Virus record (IMG/VR): IMGVR_UViG_3300022555_000010
Coordinates: 87,774-151,773 of that record
DNA from: a virus
Reading direction: 5' to 3' (one strand)
DNA length: 64,000 bases
The notes beneath the pieces were generated by a model. It saw nothing but the letters and a program-made list of their open reading frames with translations. It was not told the origin of the DNA and did not search any database. The translations under genes and the position numbers were made by a program. Below are positions 16,772 to 23,820 of this stretch, piece after piece (position 1 is the first letter of the stretch; each line of letters opens with the position of its first letter).

Positions 16772-16974
16772 CACCGAGTGAGATTGTTTATATCAGTAAG
16801 GGAGTTTTGTTGAAGGAGATGGCGGATCTGGGCATCAATATCAACAGTGTTACGGCTGATGGGATAGTGAGTTCGGCAAAGATGGTGATTGTTGATGGGA
16901 TTGTGGTGAAGAATCGGGATGGTAAGACCGGGGCGAATGTCTCGGGAACGATAGTGGTCGATGATGAGAAAGAT

Positions 16975-17049
16975 TGGCGAGTAGCTCAATGGTAGAGTAT
17001 CCGGCTGTTAACCGGGTTGTTGGAGGTTCAAGTCCTCTCTCGCCAGCCA
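16975..17049 (+). tRNA. tRNA-Asn(GTT)
   Basis: TCCGG-CTGTTAA-CCGGG, GCCA. Confidence 0.92.
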
Positions 17050-17055
17050 AATATT

Positions 17056-17379
17056 ATGAAACAAGAACTGATAGATCTATGGCAGCAGATGGCCGATCTG
17101 ACAAAGGAAAAGTGTCAGAAGTCCTGTAGGAATATGGGAGCATGTTGCAGTGGAGAATACTGTGAACTCGCCGCCGAGACGATGGAGAAGGCCGGTGAGA
17201 AGGTTCCCCCGATGCCTTTCGTAGTGGACGGGAAGTGTTCTATTCCTCCTCATTACAGGCCGATATGTGCATTACATCAGTGTGATATTGGCAGTCTTGG
17301 GTTTATGAAGGGGGACCCGGACTTGACAAAGAGATATTTTGATTTGAGATTCAAGTTGGAAGACTTGGCAGAATTTTAA
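17056..17379 (+). CDS. Cys-rich hypothetical protein
   Basis: CQKSC..GACC..YC...C...RPICALH. Confidence 0.6.
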   Translation: MKQELIDLWQQMADLTKEKCQKSCRNMGACCSGEYCELAAETMEKAGEKVPPMPFVVDGKCSIPPHYRPICALHQCDIGSLGFMKGDPDLTKRYFDLRFKLEDLAEF

Positions 17380-17542
17380 TTCCGATAGTACCTTCAGCAA
17401 TGGGATACTTCTAAAAAAACAGGTGCCCGAAAGGGCGTGAAGGTTCGAGTCCTTCCTCTGTGGCTAATAACTGCGGAGTGGTGGAATTGGCAGACACGCC
17501 TGCAAAAAAAGACCCATTGTGATTTTCGGTATTGTAGGAATT
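17378..17542 (+). ncRNA. YrlA/Y-RNA-like ncRNA: long bulged terminal stem plus permuted tRNA-Leu-like module
   Basis: AATTCCGATAGTACC/GGTATTGTAGGAATT and TCA(G)CAATGGG/CCCATTGTGA stems; A7 linkers; module 17420-17502 runs variable arm, T arm, loop-closed acceptor, D arm. Confidence 0.75.
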
Positions 17543-17546
17543 TTAT

Positions 17547-17582
17547 TTCCGTATTGAGACAAGACATCTGCAATGTATGTGC
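17547..17582 (+). promoter_or_regulatory. bipartite phage promoter motif, copy 5
   Basis: TTCCGTATT-N14-GCAATGTATG; here followed by an AGGAG RBS rather than an immediate ATG. Confidence 0.7.
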
Positions 17583-17598
17583 ATTAGGAGATGAGATT

Positions 17599-17817
17599 AT
17601 GTTGGGACTTAAAAAGAGGGCTGAGGATCGTAAACTGGAAAATGATCTATACTTATCTCGTCGTGGGTATGATTACGCGGCCGGGAGATTGTTACGAGGT
17701 GGGAATGTCAAGAATCTCTATGAGGAGGCGGCGAGATGTGATGATCATAGAGAGCCTTTTACGATTGGGGTTTGTGATGCAGTCAGGGACTGGGAGAAGA
17801 AAGGGAAAGTGGGATGA
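17599..17817 (+). CDS. small hypothetical protein, paralog of 19711-19926
   Basis: MLGLKKRAE...RRGYD..AG.LLRG...A(V/I)RDW shared with 19711. Confidence 0.65.
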   Translation: MLGLKKRAEDRKLENDLYLSRRGYDYAAGRLLRGGNVKNLYEEAARCDDHREPFTIGVCDAVRDWEKKGKVG

Positions 17818-18563
17818 AAGTGTTTTTAACGAGTGGGGGAACAAAGACCCCGATAGACAGTGTCAGGCACGTAGGGAATATGTCAAAGGGGACATTTGGT
17901 TGTCATCTCTGTAATGCCTTTTTGAAAATGGGGCATACGGTTCACTATTTTTACGCCAAGGACAGTAAGGCACCTCACGATTTCAGGCTGAATCTCAAAG
18001 AGGTTGGTTCGAGAGAAGCGATGGAGACATTATTGGAGAGCTATGATTTCCTCGATGATTTTGGGGATCGATACATACCAATGGAATATTCTGATTTCAA
18101 CTCCTATGCAGAAGGTCTGAAAAAGATGCTTGGTTCTGGTTTGTTTGATTTGCCGGATGTTGTGGTTTTAGCGGCGGCAGTAAGTGATTATGCCCCGGTA
18201 AAGCACGAAGGCAAGATCAGTTCGGATCTGGATAAGATGGTCATCGAGTTCGAGAAGACTCCGAAGTTGATCAGGCAGATTCGGGATTTCTGTCCGAAAA
18301 CATTCCTGGTGGGGTTCAAGTTGCTTGTTGGAAGCACCCAGGACGAGTTGCTGGAGGCGATGAAGAAGCAGATGAAAGTTGCGAAGACGGATATGGTTGT
18401 CGGGAATGACCTGAGGGATATCCGGGCGGACAAACATTCGTTGACTATTTTGAGGGCAGACGGGGGAATCTCCGGGTTCTCTGGGATGTCGGGTGATAAA
18501 TTGGCGGAATATCTTGTGGGATCTATTGATATCTTACAGGGAAGAAAGAAACGGTTGGCATGA
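17814..18563 (+). CDS. coaB: phosphopantothenate--cysteine ligase
   Basis: TSGGTKTPIDSVRHVGNMSKGTFG, AAAVSDY, KISS, LVGFKLL, VVGND. Confidence 0.9.
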   Translation: MKVFLTSGGTKTPIDSVRHVGNMSKGTFGCHLCNAFLKMGHTVHYFYAKDSKAPHDFRLNLKEVGSREAMETLLESYDFLDDFGDRYIPMEYSDFNSYAEGLKKMLGSGLFDLPDVVVLAAAVSDYAPVKHEGKISSDLDKMVIEFEKTPKLIRQIRDFCPKTFLVGFKLLVGSTQDELLEAMKKQMKVAKTDMVVGNDLRDIRADKHSLTILRADGGISGFSGMSGDKLAEYLVGSIDILQGRKKRLA

Positions 18564-19708
18564 ATATTTTACTTGGATTGACAGGAAGTGTGGCGACAAA
18601 GATTGCCCCGAAGATCATTGAGGCTTTGGAGGCGATTCCGAATTGTTCTGAGGTCAGGGTGATAATGACTGACAAGGCGGCAATGTTTTACAACCCGGAG
18701 GCATTGGCCAGGGTTTCAGGGGTCAAGGTCTACACGGAGGGAGACGAGTGGACCTGGCGGAAGGAAATCAAGGCGATCGGTCATGCTACGGTTCAATGTC
18801 TTGCAACAGACAAATGGGAAAAGGGACTACCCATTCAGCATATTGAGTTGGTGAAGTGGGCTTCTTGTCTGGTGATTGCTCCGGCGACGGCGAACACGAT
18901 TGGGAAGATGGCCAATGGGCTGTGTGACAATCTGCTGACTTCGGTGTTTACGGCCTGGGATCGGAATCGGCCGGTGATTATGGCACCGGCGATGAACACC
19001 ATGATGTTACATTCGCCTGCGGTAGTTCATAATATGGAGACGTTGCAGAAGATGGGTGTTCTGATGGTGCCGACAGTCAAGAAGGAATTGGCTTGTGGGG
19101 ACACAGGAGATGGGGCCTTGGCAGATGCCTCGGATATTGCTCGGGTGGCCGCCAGGGAGATTCAGTGGCTATTTCCGTTCAATCTGGTGTCACCGATCAG
19201 GGGAATCCCGGTTGGGAGTCACCCAGGAGCCTTTGGAGCAATGAGGAAGCATGACAGACATTGTGGAGTGGACTTGTATTGCAACAATGGGACGCCGGTT
19301 GTTTTGGTTGAAGATGGCCGGGTGGTAAGCATTGAACCATTCACCGGGAAAGATGCTGGATGTCCTTGGTGGCTGGATACGAAGGTTGTGAAGGTGGAAG
19401 GGGCCAGTGGGGTCGTTTGTTACGGAGAGATTGAGCCTCGGGACTATGTTCAGGTTGGAAAGGTGTATCGGAAGGGGTGTCAGATTGGGAATGTGATCCC
19501 GGTGTTGAAGCCGGAGAAGCATCGTCCGGATATCCCTGGGCATTCGTGTTGTATGCTTCATCTTCAGATGTTCAGTCACGGGACATATAATCTGAAGGAT
19601 GAGTTCAACAGTCACGAAGAATTGCCGGACTATATCATTGATCCGACACCGTATCTGTTGGGGGCGGTTGGGGCAAAGGATATTAAGAAGTTGGATGTGA
19701 AGGTGTAA
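18560..19708 (+). CDS. coaC: phosphopantothenoylcysteine decarboxylase fused to an M23-peptidase-like domain
   Basis: LTGSVA, HIEL, PATANTIGKMANGLCDNL, PAMN, LACGDTGDG; C-terminal HCGVDL..GTPV..DGRV...LHLQ. Confidence 0.85.
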   Translation: MNILLGLTGSVATKIAPKIIEALEAIPNCSEVRVIMTDKAAMFYNPEALARVSGVKVYTEGDEWTWRKEIKAIGHATVQCLATDKWEKGLPIQHIELVKWASCLVIAPATANTIGKMANGLCDNLLTSVFTAWDRNRPVIMAPAMNTMMLHSPAVVHNMETLQKMGVLMVPTVKKELACGDTGDGALADASDIARVAAREIQWLFPFNLVSPIRGIPVGSHPGAFGAMRKHDRHCGVDLYCNNGTPVVLVEDGRVVSIEPFTGKDAGCPWWLDTKVVKVEGASGVVCYGEIEPRDYVQVGKVYRKGCQIGNVIPVLKPEKHRPDIPGHSCCMLHLQMFSHGTYNLKDEFNSHEELPDYIIDPTPYLLGAVGAKDIKKLDVKV

Positions 19709-19710
19709 CA

Positions 19711-19926
19711 ATGTTTGGATTTAAGAAAAGAGCCGAGGCAAAGAGGCACGAAGAGAACCCGAGTCCTAGGAGGAGAGGATATGATTCTATCGCAGGGGGA
19801 ATATTGAGGGGTTGGAATATTGATTCACACATTGATAATTTTATGTTGGAGGGACCGGGAAGTGTTGAGGATGGCGAGGAAGAGGCGATAAGGGATTGGA
19901 TGAAAATGAGAGGATTTAAACAATGA
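19711..19926 (+). CDS. small hypothetical protein, paralog of 17599-17817
   Basis: MFGFKKRAE...RRGYDSIAGGILRG...AIRDW. Confidence 0.65.
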   Translation: MFGFKKRAEAKRHEENPSPRRRGYDSIAGGILRGWNIDSHIDNFMLEGPGSVEDGEEEAIRDWMKMRGFKQ

Positions 19927-20055
19927 GAAAGTCTACAGCGAGTCCAAAGAGTACGAAGATCAAGAATGGTTGCACTCGGACGAAGAGGAGTTCAGGGTGT
20001 GTCGGGTCGGCAATTGCTCGGACTCGTGAACGAAGGAAGTGTCGGTAAGTATTTT

Positions 20056-20087
20056 GACGGGTTAGCCAAGTGGTTAGGCAGGTCTTG
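20056..20087 (+). pseudogene. 5' fragment of a tRNA (Cys-like)
   Basis: GACGGGT TAGCCAAGTGGTTAGGC AGGTCTTG resembles the 5' half of bacterial tRNA-Cys. Confidence 0.65.
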
Positions 20088-20142
20088 AAAAAGCATTGAC
20101 TTGACAGGCCAGTAATAGCATTATTCAGGGAATGGAGGTGCT

Positions 20143-20856
20143 ATGAAAAAGAACGAAGAAATTAAAATCAAGGCAAGAGATTTGAGGTCGCTCGGATTAT
20201 CTGTTGGAGATATTTCAAAAAAACTTTCAGTCTCTTATGGCTCAGTTGGTAACTGGGTTCGTGACATTATTCTGGACGAAGAACAGAAGAAGAATATCTC
20301 AAATATTCGTCAAAAGGAAGTTCAGCGTGTTTTCGATCTTCCCTTAGAGATTTTTGATAAAATGATTGAAGACGGCTTAAGCCAGAAAATGATTGCTGAT
20401 AAATTGGGAGTATCTTTGGGAATAATGAGTCGAGTGTTCAAATCGAAGGGGCTATCAGGAAGAACGCCTAAAGGTCAGAGACCCGTATTTGGTTTGAGCG
20501 ATTGTAAGATTTGTGGAGTTCCCAGAAAAACATGGCGAGGAGGAACTTGTCCTACTTGTGTGTCGAAAATTAGACGTTTAAAAACGAAGATTAGGGCAGT
20601 AAAGGAGTTGGGTGGGAAATGTAAAAGTTGTTCGTGGGAACCAACAAGTCGTGAGGTTGCGGCGATGGAATTCCATCATAAAGGTGGAGATAAAAAAGAA
20701 TTTGAGATAGGTAAGAAGATGAATCATAAGTGGGAAACTTTACTTCCAGAAATCAGGAAGTGTAAATTGTTGTGTTCTCGATGTCACAGGATTGAGCACA
20801 GTCGAGTAGATCCATTGTTTGATTTTATATTTGATCAAGATGATAAGATGCGATGA
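20143..20856 (+). CDS. HTH + HNH-like endonuclease
   Basis: Two HTH segments; CKIC..CPTC; CKSC...MEFHH...KCKLLCSRCHRIEH; TGA stop inside downstream tRNA. Confidence 0.8.
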   Translation: MKKNEEIKIKARDLRSLGLSVGDISKKLSVSYGSVGNWVRDIILDEEQKKNISNIRQKEVQRVFDLPLEIFDKMIEDGLSQKMIADKLGVSLGIMSRVFKSKGLSGRTPKGQRPVFGLSDCKICGVPRKTWRGGTCPTCVSKIRRLKTKIRAVKELGGKCKSCSWEPTSREVAAMEFHHKGGDKKEFEIGKKMNHKWETLLPEIRKCKLLCSRCHRIEHSRVDPLFDFIFDQDDKMR

Positions 20857-20920
20857 CCGAGAGGTTAGGTGGTTCTCTGCAAAAGAACATAGGCTGGTTC
20901 GAGTCCAGTTCGCATCTCCA
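20847..20920 (+). tRNA. tRNA-Cys(GCA)
   Basis: GTTCT-CTGCAAA-AGAAC, U73 discriminator, CCA. Confidence 0.92.
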
Positions 20921-20929
20921 AAATTTTTC

Positions 20930-21016
20930 GGGGAGTTAGCCAAGCGGCAACGGCGGCAGACTGTAAATCTGTTTCTCTAACGAGGTTCAAAGGTTCGAGT
21001 CCTTTACTCCCCACCA
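20930..21016 (+). tRNA. tRNA-Tyr(GTA)
   Basis: GCAGA-CTGTAAA-TCTGT, long arm, ACCA. Confidence 0.95.
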
Positions 21017-21054
21017 ATTATTAGTGATCAGTAATATATCGGTGAACAGTAATA

Positions 21055-21300
21055 ATGAGCAGAAGGATCAGATACACCAAGCAGAGAGCCTTATTGGGAT
21101 CTTTGATTACAAGGGATGGTCTAAAATGTCACTGGTGTCATAGGGAATGTGACCCGAAGGCTAATAATGGAAGTCCTGGATATCCGACCGTGGAGCATCT
21201 GAAGAGGCAATGTGAGGGTGGAACGGATGACCCGGTGAATCTGGTGGTGGCTTGTTTGAAGTGTAATAGTGGGAGACATTTGCCTGGGTGGACTCCGTGA
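21055..21300 (+). CDS. small HNH endonuclease
   Basis: RDGLKCHWC...TVEHL...GGTDDPVNLVVACLKCNSGR. Confidence 0.85.
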   Translation: MSRRIRYTKQRALLGSLITRDGLKCHWCHRECDPKANNGSPGYPTVEHLKRQCEGGTDDPVNLVVACLKCNSGRHLPGWTP

Positions 21301-21520
21301 TTGATGGAGTGGTCAATGGATTGATTCAGGAAGCGTCCTACCCGGATTGCAGTTATTGGCAGTTGCATATTTGTGGATGTGGGCAGGCTTCGGTTCGGCA
21401 TCTTGTTGAGGGAGATCACAAGGGCTGGATCATGGGATGTAATTGTCGGACCGGGCTGGATTTGTTGGGATGGTTGCCGATAGGAGTTGTCCCGGCAGTG
21501 GATGAGGTAGATGAGTCGTT

Positions 21521-21610
21521 GGAAGGATGGCAGAGTGGTAATGCAGCGGTTTGCTAAACCGTACAAGGTGTAAAAGTCTTGCGTGAGTTCAAGTCTCACT
21601 CCTTCCGCCA
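21521..21610 (+). tRNA. tRNA-Ser(GCT)
   Basis: GCGGT-TTGCTAA-ACCGT, long arm, GCCA. Confidence 0.95.
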
Positions 21611-21772
21611 AAATGTGTTTGGGGTGGAACCCTGATATAACGGTCCGTGATGCTGAAAGCTGAAGCGGGTAGCTGTTGATTGCTTCCAAAGCGACACAGA
21701 AAGTCGGTTGACTGTAGTGCGAGGTCAGCCTTTTAAATAGGCAGTAAAAACCTGCATCGGACGCCAATTATC

Positions 21773-21811
21773 TTCCGTATTCTGTGGTACAATCTGCAAT
21801 GTCTTTATATG
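21773..21811 (+). promoter_or_regulatory. bipartite phage promoter motif, copy 6
   Basis: TTCCGTATT-N14-GCAATG-N7-ATG. Confidence 0.7.
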
Positions 21812-21979
21812 AAACTCCCAAACTACTTCTTAGATGATTGCTGTAAGAAGAAGCCGGGAGTCGAGTGGGATGGTGGGGAGATCACGGCTAAGTGCCGCAA
21901 GTGTGGGGACTTGGTCACAAATCGAGAGATGTGGAAATTGATGATTGCCTGGAATAAGAAAAAAAGAGGGTTGAAATGA
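21809..21979 (+). CDS. small Zn-finger protein (56 aa, not in ORF track; loosely Lar-like)
   Basis: CC...CRKCG...AWN; starts at the motif ATG, ATGA-coupled to next gene. Confidence 0.55.
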   Translation: MKLPNYFLDDCCKKKPGVEWDGGEITAKCRKCGDLVTNREMWKLMIAWNKKKRGLK

Positions 21980-22344
21980 AGGACCAATCGGACTGGATAT
22001 CGTTGATGAATGACAATGCTTTCATCTCTCTTGCAGATGTTAAGAAATGGTTGAATATTGGAACGGCCTGGCAAATGAGGAGATTGGTTGAGTATCAGTC
22101 GTTTCCGATGCCGGCATATGGGACTTCTCAAACGGCCAGGATGTCTCGGGGATGTCGGTGGAGAGTCGGAGATATCAGGGAATGGTTGAAGACGGGTAAA
22201 TGTGTGAATGGTTGTGCTGAGATGTCAGAAAGACTTACGACCAGGATTGCGTCGGCTGAACGCAGAAGGTTGAACGGGAATCGGATTGCGAAGATTTACA
22301 GGGATTTGGATAGTAAGGGGTTAAAGCTTGGCGATAGGCCTTAA
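21976..22344 (+). CDS. AlpA/excisionase-like HTH protein
   Basis: ISLADVKKWLNI...FPMP...RWRVGDIREWL. Confidence 0.6.
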   Translation: MKDQSDWISLMNDNAFISLADVKKWLNIGTAWQMRRLVEYQSFPMPAYGTSQTARMSRGCRWRVGDIREWLKTGKCVNGCAEMSERLTTRIASAERRRLNGNRIAKIYRDLDSKGLKLGDRP

Positions 22345-22354
22345 GGGATAATTT

Positions 22355-22549
22355 ATGAAAGCGTATGGAGTTCCTCGGATTTGTGATGCTGAGTATTGTG
22401 ACAAGGCGGATATCAAGAAGTACGGCAGGGCGACCGTGGATCGGTGTTCTCGGGCGGACAGGGGTAAGAACACGGCTCGTCGTATCTGGGCTAAAAAGGC
22501 TCGTCGTGATGGTAAAAAGGAAACGATTCTTTCCGTATCGGCAGCCTAA
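22355..22549 (+). CDS. small basic hypothetical protein
   Basis: 64-aa Arg/Lys-rich ORF. Confidence 0.5.
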   Translation: MKAYGVPRICDAEYCDKADIKKYGRATVDRCSRADRGKNTARRIWAKKARRDGKKETILSVSAA

Positions 22550-22569
22550 TTCGGCAATGTATAGGTATG
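22531..22569 (+). promoter_or_regulatory. bipartite phage promoter motif, copy 7
   Basis: TTCCGTATC-N14-GCAATG-TATAGGT-ATG. Confidence 0.75.
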
Positions 22570-22824
22570 AAAATGACAATACAAGGACAGGTTAAGGAAT
22601 GTGCGGTCGCGATTCTGTATGCAAACCGTGGCAAACTGGGTGGAATCAACTTCCGGTACAATCTGAATCATTTTGGTGAGGCGATGCGTAAACACATGGC
22701 AGGGATCAAAGAGGAAGGTCTTGCGGTTCCCCAGGCGACTCTCAAGCTCGTGGCACGGGCTGAGAAGGTCTTGAATGAAGAATGTGACGGTAAGGATTGT
22801 TCATTTCAGAAGGTGGCAGTATGA
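22567..22824 (+). CDS. hypothetical protein
   Basis: Starts at the motif ATG. Confidence 0.6.
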   Translation: MKMTIQGQVKECAVAILYANRGKLGGINFRYNLNHFGEAMRKHMAGIKEEGLAVPQATLKLVARAEKVLNEECDGKDCSFQKVAV

Positions 22825-23246
22825 GTAAATTAACGATAAAGGTGATGAGGCATGTTCGGGATCAGATTGAACAGGCGACCAAAGAACTTAAGGCGATGGA
22901 TGCCAAAAAGGGAAAGTATCATGGGGCACTTGCCTTCAGTCATTGGGCGGAATGGAATCTGATGGCTTATGTAAATCAAGAGGCTCGGTTGGCTGAATGG
23001 GAACAGTTCAAGGCGAGCATCGAGGCTCGGCTCAAAGAGGGATATGAGGACGATAACATTGTTCGTTGGATTGAGGGTTGGCGAGATGGTCTGGTGGAGA
23101 TAGTCATGGGTGGGTATGCTCAACACAGCACGAATCAGATCGCCAACATGATCGAGGCTGAGAAGATTGATGTGAAGCGAAAGATGGCCGGGATGAGGAT
23201 GATTGACTCGGGATCTTTGGAAGAACTGCTTTCAAATTTAAAATAA
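22821..23246 (+). CDS. hypothetical protein
   Basis: ATGA-coupled. Confidence 0.6.
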   Translation: MSKLTIKVMRHVRDQIEQATKELKAMDAKKGKYHGALAFSHWAEWNLMAYVNQEARLAEWEQFKASIEARLKEGYEDDNIVRWIEGWRDGLVEIVMGGYAQHSTNQIANMIEAEKIDVKRKMAGMRMIDSGSLEELLSNLK

Positions 23247-23285
23247 ACAATCTCGGGGATGTTCCGGGAGTGTATAATGTGACTT

Positions 23286-23570
23286 GGGAAAGAGACGAGC
23301 GTTCGCTTTGATGAGTCCGATAAATCATGGCTGCGAGTGTGAGTCTGGCACAAGCGGGGGCAATTAGAAGTTCCTGGGTTATCCCCAAAGGTGGTTCAGG
23401 ACAATAGACCAATGGCTATGAAGAATGAGAGTATATGTTCAAAAGACATATATAGCCATACCGTGCGAGAAGCGTCAGTCTGATAAACGGCATCTTTAGT
23501 CGGTGAACCGTGGCGTTGAAATAATACGTCAGCAAAAAGGACAGTGGAAAACCCACCTCGTCTCTTTCCT
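23286..23570 (+). ncRNA. candidate structured ncRNA (about 285 nt)
   Basis: TATAAT 23273-23278; terminal stem GGGAAAGAGACGAG/CTCGTCTCTTTCCT; several internal helices; U-rich tail; no + strand ORF in the track. Confidence 0.6.
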
Positions 23571-23610
23571 TTTCTGTTTTCGTTTTTATGATATTGTGGG
23601 TGAGTAGATT

Positions 23611-23693
23611 GCAGGTATGGCGAAATTGGCAGACGCACCAGACTCAAAATCTGGCGAGAAATCATGTGGGTTCAAGTCCCTCTACCTGTACCA
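23611..23693 (+). tRNA. tRNA-Leu(CAA)
   Basis: CCAGA-CTCAAAA-TCTGG, ACCA. Confidence 0.92.
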
Positions 23694-23820
23694 AAGTTAT
23701 TCGGAGGAGAGGATAATCCGTTAGGACGGGAGATAGTAAACGGACCCTCATGAGAATACGAAAGCGTCGGTCGCACCCCGTATGCGGACTTCGGCTAACC
23801 AGTTACACTCAGGAGAAAAT

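Noticed and set aside
21055-21300. Small HNH after tRNA-Tyr as a sixth tRNA-replacement cassette
   Set aside because: No truncated tRNA half upstream and no tRNA at its stop (next tRNA is 220 nt away).
21636-21646. TATAACGGTCC match to the conserved 23S rRNA/I-CeuI site region
   Set aside because: Only 11 nt, flanks do not continue the rRNA sequence; compatible with chance.
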